A stretch of 64,000 nt of DNA from Gemmatimonadales bacterium (GCA_037189525.1 JBBCJC010000002.1:928001-992000), one strand, 5' to 3'. Positions 19,520 through 29,436 are shown, counted from the stretch's first letter. Notes: a model not told the origin generated them from the letters alone. Made by a program: numbers and translations.

Positions 19520-20167
19520 ATGATCACCGCACTCGAAGCTCTCAAGCGGCTCCAGGAAGGTAACCGTCGTTTCGTCGCCGATGCTCGATCGTCCGAGGTC
19601 TTTCTCGGTCGCGCCCGTCGGGCCGAGCTCACCAGGAGCCAGGAACCGTTCGCCATCATTCTGGGATGCTCCGACTCCCGTGTCCCGGCCGAATTCGTTT
19701 TCGATCAGGGGCTCGGCGACCTGTTCGTGATCCGGGTGGCTGGTAACATCGTCGCCACCTCGCAGGTCGGCAGTGTCGAGTTTGCCGCGGCCCGTTTCGG
19801 CACCCCGCTGGTCGTGGTGCTCGGCCATACGCGTTGCGGCGCCATTCTCGCCACGCTCGAAGAGCTGCGCCGTCCGACGGAGAACCAGTCCCGGAATCTC
19901 CAGGCCATCGTCGATCGGGTCCGTCCGTCGGTCGAGGGATTCCTGGAGACGGAATTGCGCAACGACGAACCCGCGCTGGTTCGTGCGGCCGTACGCGCCA
20001 ACATTCGCGCGTCCGTCAACCATCTGCGGCACGGGTCGCCCGTGCTGGAGCAGCTGGTGCGCGACAACAATCTGATGGTGGTGGGTGCCGAGTATTCGCT
20101 CGAAACGGGCGCGGTCGATTTCTTCGAGGGGATTCCGCCGGAACTTGCTACCGCCCCGCCCGCGTAA
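19520..20167 (+). CDS. Beta-class carbonic anhydrase
   Basis: LQEGNRRF, GCSDSRVP, IRVAGN, GHTRCGA zinc ligands; start 19520 or 19511. Confidence 0.93.
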   Translation: MITALEALKRLQEGNRRFVADARSSEVFLGRARRAELTRSQEPFAIILGCSDSRVPAEFVFDQGLGDLFVIRVAGNIVATSQVGSVEFAAARFGTPLVVVLGHTRCGAILATLEELRRPTENQSRNLQAIVDRVRPSVEGFLETELRNDEPALVRAAVRANIRASVNHLRHGSPVLEQLVRDNNLMVVGAEYSLETGAVDFFEGIPPELATAPPA

Positions 20168-20176
20168 GGACGAGAA

Positions 20177-20575
20177 CTAGCGGACCGGGTCGCGGGTGAT
20201 GCGGGAGAGAATCAGCGAATAGATCAGCACCAGCACGGCAAACACCGCCAGTACGGGTGTGCGAGCCTGCGCGGCTACCGCACCGAATTCTTCCCGCGAA
20301 GTGCTCGACAGGAGAATGACGCCTGGCAGGAAGAGGAGCCAGTGGAGCCAGGGCTTCCAGGCGGCCCTTCGGCTCGGAAACAGCGCCAACAGCAATCCTC
20401 CCAGCGCACCGTACCATGCCCCCGATGCGAGGATCTCGATCGTTCCGCCGGGCGTGTAGATCGGCGTGCTGCCGGTGATCAGGGTCACGCCCCGCATCAA
20501 TGCCCGGCTGCCGAGTCCCAATACAACGAGTCCGGTACCCACGCCAATCAGACCATACCGCAGAATCCGATTCAC
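20177..20575 (-). CDS. Hypothetical membrane protein (about 4 TM segments)
   Basis: Four hydrophobic segments; GTG start with AGGGG RBS just downstream of the transporter stop. Confidence 0.65.
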   Translation of the reverse strand: MNRILRYGLIGVGTGLVVLGLGSRALMRGVTLITGSTPIYTPGGTIEILASGAWYGALGGLLLALFPSRRAAWKPWLHWLLFLPGVILLSSTSREEFGAVAAQARTPVLAVFAVLVLIYSLILSRITRDPVR

Positions 20576-20582
20576 ACGTCCC

Positions 20583-22061
20583 CTAAAAGAACGAACTGGC
20601 CGAGAGCACGGCAAAGAAGCCGTAGAAAATGGCCATGCCTACCAGTCCGAGGCGCGGCCAGAGGCCGGGGCGCAGTTCCCTGGGCAGCAAGCGGGTGTTG
20701 ACGTAGAGCAGATGAATACTCGCAATGACGAACACGATGGCCGCCAGATTGGCCGAGATTTGCAGCAGCACGATCGGCTGCGCGAGCTTGAGGGCAATGA
20801 CGCCCCAGATCACGATCAGCCCCAGCACGGTATAGTAGACCGCGCGGACGTCGCCGCCGCGCCAGGTGCGGACCCGCTCGCTCCCGGTCCAGAGCATGTC
20901 GGTCGTGGCCCGGGTCAACCCTTCCACGATGTCGAGCTGGGTCTTGAAGAGAACCCAGGCGCCGAGAAACGCCACCACGCCGCCGATCAGGGGCATCCGC
21001 GCTTCCATTCCGTTGGCCAGCGCGGCGGCAATGCCGAAACCGCGGATGTCCTGTCCGGGCTCGAGGAAGGTGACATAGAGGAGTGCCGGCAGCGCCATGC
21101 CGAGTACCGCGCCGATGAAGAAGATGCCCCATTGATCGACCCGGACGATCCGCCACCAGCCGCGCCATCGTGCCATGGCCGGTTCGTCCGGCCGGAAGGT
21201 AAAGCCCGTCGGCGCCAGGCCGACCTTGCCGCCCGCAGCGGCAGACGGGATGTAGCCGGCCACGCTTCCCATGCCGTAGCCTTTGTCGCGCGCCCAGTTG
21301 GACAGGGTGATGTTGATCACCCCGCCGGCGCCACTATACGCAGCAACCGCACCCAGCAGAAAGAAGTCGGCGCCCTCCGGCAGGAACGAGAAGGTTCGGG
21401 AAACGGGGTCGAACCCGAAGTATCCGGTCAGCGCGGCGAGCCACGTGGCCGGGGCCACGAAGAGGACGGCCAGTACGACGAAACTGCCGAGGATGGCGGC
21501 GACCAGGATCCAGTTGAGGATTTCGAGGGTACGTTCGATCCGGCGTCCGATGAGCAGGATGGCAACGCAGACGAGGAAGGTCCCGATCCCGATTGCGTAG
21601 ACCACGCTCGCGTCCTGAGGCCCGGCCATGCGCCGGGTGGCCAGGAAGAAGAAGGCGCCCGACGCTGCTCCTGCCCACGCCGGCCAGCCCAGCTGCAGGA
21701 AATAGAGCGCCGCGTAGATCCAGGCCCAGAAGCGCGAACCTGGCTTGGTACGCATGAATCCGGTGCAGGCCGGCTCGCCGGTGGCCAGCGTGTATCGCAT
21801 CAGCTCCAGATTGAAGACGGTCTGCAGTACCGCTGCCACGCCCGCAATCCAGAGCAGGGTGAGCCCGTAGCGTACGAAGGTGGCCGGGCCCAGGAGAAAC
21901 TCGCCGCTGCCGATCGATGCGCCGAGCACGATGACACCGGGACCGATGACACCGAACCATTGCAGGCCCCGTGGTTGGGGTGGCGCAGGCAACTCGGCCT
22001 GACGCCACGGCGCGAGGCCCGAGCGGGCTTCGATCGGTGTATCGGATTGGGATGGGGTCAT
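20583..22061 (-). CDS. Nramp-like/APC superfamily transporter
   Basis: GPGVIVLGASIGSGEFLLGP, RYTLATGE, 11-12 TM segments; ATG 22061 with AGGGGA RBS; lacks MntH DPGN. Confidence 0.8.
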   Translation of the reverse strand: MTPSQSDTPIEARSGLAPWRQAELPAPPQPRGLQWFGVIGPGVIVLGASIGSGEFLLGPATFVRYGLTLLWIAGVAAVLQTVFNLELMRYTLATGEPACTGFMRTKPGSRFWAWIYAALYFLQLGWPAWAGAASGAFFFLATRRMAGPQDASVVYAIGIGTFLVCVAILLIGRRIERTLEILNWILVAAILGSFVVLAVLFVAPATWLAALTGYFGFDPVSRTFSFLPEGADFFLLGAVAAYSGAGGVINITLSNWARDKGYGMGSVAGYIPSAAAGGKVGLAPTGFTFRPDEPAMARWRGWWRIVRVDQWGIFFIGAVLGMALPALLYVTFLEPGQDIRGFGIAAALANGMEARMPLIGGVVAFLGAWVLFKTQLDIVEGLTRATTDMLWTGSERVRTWRGGDVRAVYYTVLGLIVIWGVIALKLAQPIVLLQISANLAAIVFVIASIHLLYVNTRLLPRELRPGLWPRLGLVGMAIFYGFFAVLSASSFF

Positions 22062-22189
22062 GGGTCCCCTAAGCTGCAGCGTGGAGGAAGATCCGGCAAG
22101 GTCCCGAGGCCGTCGCATCTGGCCGGCAATGTCGCTTGTGGATACAATCCTGAATCCCGTCCATTCTCGTCTGCTTCCGGAGGCTCCCC

Positions 22190-23761
22190 GTGGAACGTTT
22201 CGCAGGTCCCTCGGCATTGGTGGTGCTCCTGGCCGCATCAGCGGCTTGCACCCCGGCGCCGGCTCCCGCACCCTCGCGGCCCGTCATCACCACGACCACT
22301 GATGCCGCGTTTACCGCGAAAGACATCGCCGCCTATCAGGGCGATCACGCCGACATCTATGCGCATATCACGCGCAGCCTGCCGGGCCACGTTGCCAATA
22401 TCCAGCGCTGGATCCGCCAGCCGTCGGTCAGCGCCCTCAACATTGGTGTCGCGCAGATGGCCGAACTGGTGCGCGGCGACTATCAGAAGCTGGGTTGCCA
22501 GGAAAGCGCCCTGGTCCCCACCTCGGGCCACCCGGGCGTCTTTGCGTCCTGCGATTTCGGCGCGCCCAAGACCCTGGTCGTCTACATGATGTACGACGTG
22601 CAGCCGGTCGAGCCCGCCGATTGGCGGTCGCCGCCGTTCGAGGCGCGGTTGGTCGAGCACGAGCTCGGGACCGTCGTGATGGGGCGGGGGGCTACGAACC
22701 AGAAGGGGCCCCAGCGCGCCCTCCTGAACGCGCTCGAGTCGGTCATTGCGGTGCGCGGCAAGCTGCCGGTCAATCTCCTGTTTGCCGCGGAGGGCGAGGA
22801 GGAACTCGGCTCGCCGCACTATCCCGAGATCATCGACAAGTATGCGGAGCGGCTCGGTCGCGCCGATGGCGTGCTCTTCCCTTCGCTGAGCCAGGACCCG
22901 TCGGGGCTCGTCTCCATGTCGCTCGGCGTGAAGGGCATCGTGTATTTCGAGTTGGAGGCGCAGGGCGGCGAGCAGGGCGGCCCGAGCCGCGCGGAGATCC
23001 ACGGTTCCTACAAGGCCATTACCGACTCGCCCACCTGGCGGCTGGTGCAGGCGCTCGGTACGCTGACCTCGCCTGACGGGAACACCATCACGGTGCCCGG
23101 CTTTTACGATGCGATCCGCGCGCCGAACGACGAAGAGCAGCGGCTCCTGAACGGTCTGCTGCCCGACTGGGAGCGCCGGGAACCCACCATGCGGCAGACC
23201 ATGGGTGTCTCCCGCTGGATCGATGGCTGGACCGGCAAGGATACCCAGCTCCAGCTGCTCTTCAATACCACGCTCAACATCGACGGGATCGGCTCGGGTT
23301 ACACCGGCGAGGGGGTCAAGACCATCCTGCCGCATCGCGCCTTGGCCAAGATCGACTCGCGCCTGGTGCCCGACCAGCATCCCGACACGATCATCGCTCT
23401 GGTACGGCGCCATCTCGATTCGCTTGGCTTTACCGACATCAAGCTCACCAAGCTGGCAGGCTATCCGCCGGCGCAGTCGAGTATCGAGGCGCCCTTGGTG
23501 CGCGCGGCGATCGGAGTCTTTAACAAGTACAGCCAGCAGGTCAGCGTGTCGCCGCGGCTCGCGGGCAGCGCACCGTACTACGTCTTTACCGACCGGCTCA
23601 AGCTGCCGCTCGTGTCGGCCGGGTTGGGCTTCGGTACTGGCGCCCACGCTCCGAACGAGATCATGCTGATCACGCCGAAGGACGGCTCACCGGTAGCCGG
23701 GCTGGCCGAGTTGGAGCGGTTCTACGTCGACCTGCTGTACGCGCTGGCCGAGGCGAAATAG
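22190..23761 (+). CDS. M20/M25/M40 family metallohydrolase, lipoprotein
   Basis: YDVQP, GRGATNQKG, EGEEELGS, GVKG, IHGS, AHAPNE; lipobox SAAC; GTG start with GGAGG RBS. Confidence 0.88.
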   Translation: MERFAGPSALVVLLAASAACTPAPAPAPSRPVITTTTDAAFTAKDIAAYQGDHADIYAHITRSLPGHVANIQRWIRQPSVSALNIGVAQMAELVRGDYQKLGCQESALVPTSGHPGVFASCDFGAPKTLVVYMMYDVQPVEPADWRSPPFEARLVEHELGTVVMGRGATNQKGPQRALLNALESVIAVRGKLPVNLLFAAEGEEELGSPHYPEIIDKYAERLGRADGVLFPSLSQDPSGLVSMSLGVKGIVYFELEAQGGEQGGPSRAEIHGSYKAITDSPTWRLVQALGTLTSPDGNTITVPGFYDAIRAPNDEEQRLLNGLLPDWERREPTMRQTMGVSRWIDGWTGKDTQLQLLFNTTLNIDGIGSGYTGEGVKTILPHRALAKIDSRLVPDQHPDTIIALVRRHLDSLGFTDIKLTKLAGYPPAQSSIEAPLVRAAIGVFNKYSQQVSVSPRLAGSAPYYVFTDRLKLPLVSAGLGFGTGAHAPNEIMLITPKDGSPVAGLAELERFYVDLLYALAEAK

Positions 23762-23835
23762 GGGCGGGTGACAGGGGACGCCTGCATTCGCGTGTCGGTC
23801 AGGCGGAGGCAGGTATCTGAAACGTCGGGGGAGCG

Positions 23836-24318
23836 ATGGAGTATTTCGATCAGCTGATCGCTCCCTGGGCGCGCTGGTACGGCGAGTCCACCGCCGTCTC
23901 GAATGCCGTCGTCATGGTTCATCTGGCCGGACTGCTCTGGGGCGGCGGCCGGGCAGTCACGGCCGACCTCTTCGTGCTCAGGTCCGCGGGGCCTGAGCGG
24001 TTCCGGGAGCAATCGGGTGTCGAGTTTCTCGCGGCGAGCCACCGGCAGATCCTGGCCGGGCTCGCCGCGATCGTCGTTTCGGGGGTAGCGATGGTCCTGG
24101 CCGATCGGGCCCACTATTTCGGCACCCCGGTGTACTGGATCAAGATGAGCGCGGTGGGATTGCTGCTCGTCAATGGTGCAGTGCTGACTCGCCTGCACCG
24201 CGGCCTGGGTGGCGAGGTCGAACTGCGAGGGCGTTGGGATCGAATCCGGCTGAGTTCGGCGGCCAGTCTTTTGCTGTGGTTCGTCATCCTCGGCCTGGGC
24301 GTCTGGCTGGGATCCTGA
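23836..24318 (+). CDS. Hypothetical 4-TM membrane protein (DUF6644-like)
   Basis: VHLAGLLWGGG, SGVAM, YWIKM and SLLLWF pattern; GGGGAG RBS. Confidence 0.65.
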   Translation: MEYFDQLIAPWARWYGESTAVSNAVVMVHLAGLLWGGGRAVTADLFVLRSAGPERFREQSGVEFLAASHRQILAGLAAIVVSGVAMVLADRAHYFGTPVYWIKMSAVGLLLVNGAVLTRLHRGLGGEVELRGRWDRIRLSSAASLLLWFVILGLGVWLGS

Positions 24319-24337
24319 GTGTGGGTGGGGAGACGGC

Positions 24338-24874
24338 ATGGATCGGAACGGGCTGATCGGGGAGTCTGGCGACAACGGCAGGTGTGCAGGCTGTGATGCA
24401 TTCCGCGGCCGCCGCGCCTTTCTAGCCGATCTCGTCGGGACGGTGACAGGCGCACTGCTCGGTCTGGGAATGTCGTCGCGGTCGGCGAACGCGATGCCGA
24501 TCCGGGCGGGCATGGGCCACCCGGCGGGCGATACGGTCCGGTATCCTGTTCCCGAGTCGGATCAGGTCGTGGTCGACCAGCAGCACGAGGTGATCCTGGT
24601 GCGCCGCGGCAGCTCCGTATACGCGTTTGCATTGGCGTGCCCGCATCAGAATACGGCGCTCCGCTGGCACCAGGACGTCGATCAGTTCGTCTGTCCCAAA
24701 CACAAATCGCGCTATCGCCCCGATGGCGCTTTCATTGCGGGGCGGGCCACGCGGAACATGGATCGCCTGCCGATCCGCCGGGACGGCGATGCGGTGGTGG
24801 TGGACGTCAGCAGCGCGTTCCGGAGCGATGAGGATGCCACCGGGTGGTCCAAGGCGGTCGTGATCCTCTCCTGA
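24338..24874 (+). CDS. Rieske 2Fe-2S domain protein with Tat signal
   Basis: GRRAFL twin-arginine motif; Rieske boxes CPHQ and CPKHKSRY..DG; ATRNMDR. Confidence 0.85.
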   Translation: MDRNGLIGESGDNGRCAGCDAFRGRRAFLADLVGTVTGALLGLGMSSRSANAMPIRAGMGHPAGDTVRYPVPESDQVVVDQQHEVILVRRGSSVYAFALACPHQNTALRWHQDVDQFVCPKHKSRYRPDGAFIAGRATRNMDRLPIRRDGDAVVVDVSSAFRSDEDATGWSKAVVILS

Positions 24875-24959
24875 GTGGTTGCCCGACGCCTCATCGCGAA
24901 GTATCGTCCACGATGGACGTGTCCTGCGGTACCCTCTCCAGTCATTCGGAACCACACCC

Positions 24960-27026
24960 ATGAAGCACACGGCCCGTATCCTGACCTGTGTCGTGCTGGC
25001 AGCCGCTGGAAGTCTCAGCGCGCAGGTCCGCCCGACCGATACGCTCTTTACCGTCGAACGGTATCTCGATTACGAAACGGTGGCGTCACCGCGCATCTCG
25101 CCGGATGGGAACTCGGTCGTGTATGCGCGGAGTACAGTCGATCGCCAGAAGGACAGCTGGGAGTCCACCCTCTGGATCATGAACATCGACGGCTCCAACC
25201 AGCGGTTCCTCGTCAAAGGCTCGAATCCGATCTGGTCGCCGGACGGCACCAGGATCGCATACGTTGCGCCGGGCGAGCCGGGTGGAGCGCAGATCTTCGT
25301 CCGATACATGGATGCCGAAGGGGCGACGACGCAGATCACGCATTTGTCCCAGTCGCCGTCGGATCTCAAGTGGTCTCCGGACGGCAAATCAATCGGGTTC
25401 GCGATGGTCGTGCCGAGCGGGCCGGAGTGGAATGTACGGCTGCCGTCGCCGCCGCCGGGCGCCACCTGGACCAAGGCGCCGCGGGTGGTCGACAAGCTGC
25501 ATTACCGGGCCGATCGGCGTGGCTGGCTGGTGGACGGCTATACCCATCTGTTCGTGGTGCCGGCCACCGGTGGAACCCCGCGTCAGATTACCAGCGGTAA
25601 CTGGAACGTCGGCGCTCGCGGGATCGGGATTCCGGGCGGCGTCGGCTGGGACTGGTTTCCCGATGGCCGCAGCATCGTGGTCGACGGCAACGACGATCCC
25701 GACGCCGAGCGGCAGCGGCAGGTGTCGAACCTGTACCGGATCGACCTCACCACGCTTGCCAAGCAGGCGCTGATCGAGACCCGCGGCAACTGGACCAGCC
25801 CCACCGTCTCGCCGCACGGGAAGACCATTGCCTATCTCGGCTTCCCGTTCACCCGGCAGACGTATCGGGTGGCCGATCTCTACACCGTGCCGGCGGCAGG
25901 TGGGCAGCCGACGCTGCGCTCGGGCGGATTCGACCGGACGCCGAGTCAGCTGGTCTGGGCGCCGGACAACTCCGGGCTCTACTTCGTCGCCGACGATCGC
26001 GGGACCTCGAACCTGCACTTTGCGCCGGCCAACGGTGGCGTGCGGCAACTCACCAACGGCACCCACATGCTGACGTCGCCGTCGATTGCGCGGCGCAATC
26101 AGGCCGTGGCGGTGCGCAGCCATTCGACCGCGCCGACCGATATCGTCCGAATCGATCTTAAGAAGCCGACCGATATCGTACAGCTCACTGACGTCAATGC
26201 CGACCTGCTGACGGGTACGCAGCTCGGAGAAGTCGAGGAGATCTGGTACGAGTCCGCGCCCGGCGTCAAAGTGCAGGGGTGGATCGTCAAGCCGCCGTTC
26301 TTCACACCCGATCGGAAGTGGCCGCTCATTTTCGAGATCCATGGCGGGCCGCACGGGATGTACAACGTCGCTTTCAATCCGATGTACCAGAATTTCGTCG
26401 CCAACGGATTCGTCGTCCTCTACACCAACCCGCGGGGCAGCACCGGATACGGCACGGATTTCGGCAATGCGATCGACAAGGCCTATCCCAGCGTCGATTA
26501 CGACGACCTGATTGCGGGGATCGACTCGTTGGTGGGCCGAGGCTATATCGATGAGAAGCGGATGTTCGTGGGCGGGTGCAGTGGCGGCGGGGTGCTCTCG
26601 AGTTGGGTGATCTCGCACACCGATCGGTTTGCCGCCGCCGCGGTGCGTTGTCCGGTCACCAACTGGATCAGCTTTGCGGGCACCAGTGACATTCCGTTGT
26701 TCGGATTCAACTGGTTCGAGAAGCCGTATTGGGAAGATCCGATGCCGTGGTTACAGCGGTCGACGCTCTATCATGTCGGCAAGGTCAAGACGCCCGTCAT
26801 GCTGATGACCGGCGAACTCGATCTTCGGACTCCGATGGCGCAGACGGATGAGTACTTCGCAGCGCTCAAGTATCGCGGCATTCCGACCACGATGGTCCGG
26901 TTCGAGGGCGAGTATCACGGCACCGGATCGAAACCATCGAACTGGATGCGGACGCAGATCTATATGATGGAGTGGTACAAGCGCTGGGGCGGCGCGACGC
27001 AGGCGCGGACCAGTCAGGAGCAGTAG
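24960..27026 (+). CDS. S9 family peptidase, secreted
   Basis: Signal peptide, SPDG repeats, EIHGGPHG, NPRGSTGYG, GCSGGG nucleophile, GELDLRTP, EYHG. Confidence 0.93.
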   Translation: MKHTARILTCVVLAAAGSLSAQVRPTDTLFTVERYLDYETVASPRISPDGNSVVYARSTVDRQKDSWESTLWIMNIDGSNQRFLVKGSNPIWSPDGTRIAYVAPGEPGGAQIFVRYMDAEGATTQITHLSQSPSDLKWSPDGKSIGFAMVVPSGPEWNVRLPSPPPGATWTKAPRVVDKLHYRADRRGWLVDGYTHLFVVPATGGTPRQITSGNWNVGARGIGIPGGVGWDWFPDGRSIVVDGNDDPDAERQRQVSNLYRIDLTTLAKQALIETRGNWTSPTVSPHGKTIAYLGFPFTRQTYRVADLYTVPAAGGQPTLRSGGFDRTPSQLVWAPDNSGLYFVADDRGTSNLHFAPANGGVRQLTNGTHMLTSPSIARRNQAVAVRSHSTAPTDIVRIDLKKPTDIVQLTDVNADLLTGTQLGEVEEIWYESAPGVKVQGWIVKPPFFTPDRKWPLIFEIHGGPHGMYNVAFNPMYQNFVANGFVVLYTNPRGSTGYGTDFGNAIDKAYPSVDYDDLIAGIDSLVGRGYIDEKRMFVGGCSGGGVLSSWVISHTDRFAAAAVRCPVTNWISFAGTSDIPLFGFNWFEKPYWEDPMPWLQRSTLYHVGKVKTPVMLMTGELDLRTPMAQTDEYFAALKYRGIPTTMVRFEGEYHGTGSKPSNWMRTQIYMMEWYKRWGGATQARTSQEQ

Positions 27027-27039
27027 GCAGGCAGTAGGC

Positions 27040-27089
27040 AAACAAAAGCGGGGGCGACCACGTGTCAGGTCGCCCCCGCTTTTGTTTTT
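27040..27089. terminator. Bidirectional intrinsic terminator
   Basis: Perfect 20-bp inverted repeat AAACAAAAGCGGGGGCGACC / GGTCGCCCCCGCTTTTGTTT between convergent genes. Confidence 0.9.
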
Positions 27090-27094
27090 GAGAC

Positions 27095-28255
27095 TCAGCG
27101 AGCGAAGCGTTCCAGGTACTGCAGGTCGTCCTCGCTGTCGGTGCGCACCACGTAGATGGCACCCTTACCGAAGCCGACCAGCTGCCGGTCGCGGCTCATC
27201 GAGACCTTGCGGGCGAGTTTGCCGCTTCGGTCGAACACATCATAGGTGACTTCGGCCTGCCCGGCCGGCCCGGTGCGGCGGACCCAGACCTCTCCTTCGG
27301 GCGCCACCAGCACGGCTCCTTGGCCAACGAACGGAGGCTTGGTGGGCTCGAAGTCGTCGGGGCCGAGCGCCGGAGCCGCCGGCGGTCGCGCCGCGCCACG
27401 TCCTCCGCCGATTGCAATGATCGTGGGTACGGCCCGTTTCCGTCGTTCGTTTTCTTCGTCCCGGTCGGCGTCGGTCACCTTGAGGGGCGTGTATGTCTGG
27501 GTCGGACCCGCCACGCCCTTGGTCGATGCCGCAGGGTACCAGATGACCCGGTACGGAGAGGGAATCACCCGCGCGACCGAGCCGTCGGCCGCGACGCCCC
27601 AGACCTCGAGCGGCGCAAATGCCTTCCCGCCTCCCACCCTGACCTGGACGCTGCGATTGCCGGCGCCGCCGGACGACTGGACCGATGTCCTGGGCCCGAT
27701 GAACCAGGCCACCGTGTCGAAGTTTTCTTGCGTGGGCTTCCACCGGTGGATGGCCAGCGAGTCGGGGCTGGCGGCACTGGGGCCACCCAGATTGAACGGT
27801 GATGCTTGCAAATACACATTCCCGGCCGCATCGGCGGCCGTCCCGCGTCCGGCGAAGCTGATCCCACCCGACCCGCTACTCGGGAGGGTAATGGTGCGTC
27901 CAGGTTTGCCGGTGGCATCGATCGACAGGAACCGGCGACCCATCAGATCGTTGACCCAGGTTTCCCCGTTGGGCATCGCGATCAGTTCCGCGGGGACTGC
28001 ATACTCTCCGGGGCCCTGGCCCTCGCGGCCGACCTTGACCTGGGTGCCGGCGCTCAAGTCGAGCAACTGCACGACCTTATCGCGCGGGTCGGCAACGATC
28101 ACCTTGCCGTTCGGCAACTCGCGGATACTCGCGACCTGGGTGAACGGTTCCGGAAAAGTCGCGTCGGGCTTGGTCAGCTTGGTGACGGCTTGCGCCTGGA
28201 GCGCAGTGCCGGCCATCAGAAATGCCGATGACAGGACGAGGGCAGTTGGCTTCAC
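27095..28255 (-). CDS. Secreted hypothetical protein, probable 6-bladed (NHL-like) beta-propeller
   Basis: Signal peptide ending ALQA; GREGQGPGEY, DAAGNVY, APEGEVWV, YDVFDRSG repeats; GTG start with GAGG RBS. Confidence 0.75.
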   Translation of the reverse strand: MKPTALVLSSAFLMAGTALQAQAVTKLTKPDATFPEPFTQVASIRELPNGKVIVADPRDKVVQLLDLSAGTQVKVGREGQGPGEYAVPAELIAMPNGETWVNDLMGRRFLSIDATGKPGRTITLPSSGSGGISFAGRGTAADAAGNVYLQASPFNLGGPSAASPDSLAIHRWKPTQENFDTVAWFIGPRTSVQSSGGAGNRSVQVRVGGGKAFAPLEVWGVAADGSVARVIPSPYRVIWYPAASTKGVAGPTQTYTPLKVTDADRDEENERRKRAVPTIIAIGGGRGAARPPAAPALGPDDFEPTKPPFVGQGAVLVAPEGEVWVRRTGPAGQAEVTYDVFDRSGKLARKVSMSRDRQLVGFGKGAIYVVRTDSEDDLQYLERFAR

Positions 28256-28335
28256 GGCTCGATCCTCGAATGGTGGGAAGTCGTGCCGGGAATGATGCTC
28301 GGCCATTGCCAATGGTCGCACCACTAGCTTTGGGC

Positions 28336-29265
28336 ATGCCTCCAGCCTGGATTCAGCGCCTTTCCGAGCGCCCCGTCACCCGGTACGCGCCGAGCCCGAC
28401 TGGTCGGCTGCATCTGGGACATGTGGTCAATGCGGTCTGGGTCTACGGTATTGCCCAGGCAACGTCCGGGCGGGTCGTGCTCCGGATGGAAGACCACGAT
28501 CGGGGCCGCTGCCGTCCCGACTACGAGCGCGGGATCCTCGAGGATCTGGCCTGGCTGGGCCTCAGGGCCGATGGGGACTCGGAGAAGTCCTTGGCGGCAG
28601 GCGGGCCGTCGTCCTACCGGCAGAGCGACAACGAGACGCGCTATCGGGAGGCCGTCGAACGGCTCGAGGCGGCAGGTGCTCGACTGTACTGGTGCGACTG
28701 TTCCCGACGCGCGGTGCTCCAGGCGCTTGGTGAGGACGCTCCGGGCGCGGGTGAAGATTTGCGCTACCCGGGCACCTGTCGTGACAAGGGATTGGCCCCG
28801 GGGCCGGGGCGCGGTCTCCGCCTGGTCTTGCCGGAGGACGACGTCGCGTTCGAGGACCTCCGGCTCGGCGGGCTGATGCAAACGCCTGCGCGCCAGTGCG
28901 GTGATTTATTGTTGCGGGACGCGACCGGGAACTGGACCTATCAGTTCTGTGTTGTGGTCGATGATCTCGAACATGGCATCAACTTGGTCGTGCGCGGCGA
29001 AGATCTGCTTGGCTCGACCGGGCGACAGTTACTGCTTCGGCGCTTGCTGGGCAGTTCGAATGTCCTGCAGTTTCTGCACCATCCGCTCATCCTCGACGAG
29101 ACGGGGGCTAAGCTCAGCAAGCGGGACGGCGCGACGGGGATCGCCGAGCTGCGGGCGGCCGGCATCACGCCCGATGAGGTGCTGGGCCGCGCTGCGTACT
29201 GTTCGAGGCTCCTTTCCTCTCCCGGGTTCATCAGCGCCGGTACCCTGGGGAACTTGTTTGGCTGA
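28336..29265 (+). CDS. gluQ: Glutamyl-Q tRNA(Asp) synthetase-like (truncated GluRS paralogue)
   Basis: TRYAPSPTGRLHLGH, LRMEDHD, YRQS, zinc motif CDC...YPGTC, VVRGEDL, KLSKR; about 310 aa with no anticodon-binding domain. Confidence 0.88.
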   Translation: MPPAWIQRLSERPVTRYAPSPTGRLHLGHVVNAVWVYGIAQATSGRVVLRMEDHDRGRCRPDYERGILEDLAWLGLRADGDSEKSLAAGGPSSYRQSDNETRYREAVERLEAAGARLYWCDCSRRAVLQALGEDAPGAGEDLRYPGTCRDKGLAPGPGRGLRLVLPEDDVAFEDLRLGGLMQTPARQCGDLLLRDATGNWTYQFCVVVDDLEHGINLVVRGEDLLGSTGRQLLLRRLLGSSNVLQFLHHPLILDETGAKLSKRDGATGIAELRAAGITPDEVLGRAAYCSRLLSSPGFISAGTLGNLFG

Positions 29266-29436
29266 CGCGGGGGAGACCGCTTCCGCAATGTGCCAACGAG
29301 CCGAGTTTAGGGGGGAGGTCAATTCGTGCTGCATGTGTTTAGGGAATGCTGGGTGGTCATCTATCGCGTGGTGCGCCGAGGGGCGAGCTAGGCAAATGCG
29401 AGGGTGGTGTGACCGCTGTTTCAGGCCGGCACATGC

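Noticed and set aside
27020..27040. Short direct repeat GCAGTAGGCA x2 at the S9 peptidase stop
   Set aside because: Only two copies with no spacers; a local duplication, not a CRISPR array.
28336..29265. Truncated gltX pseudogene
   Set aside because: Length, intact HIGH-like and KMSKS-like motifs and the zinc motif match the normal stand-alone GluQ-RS family.
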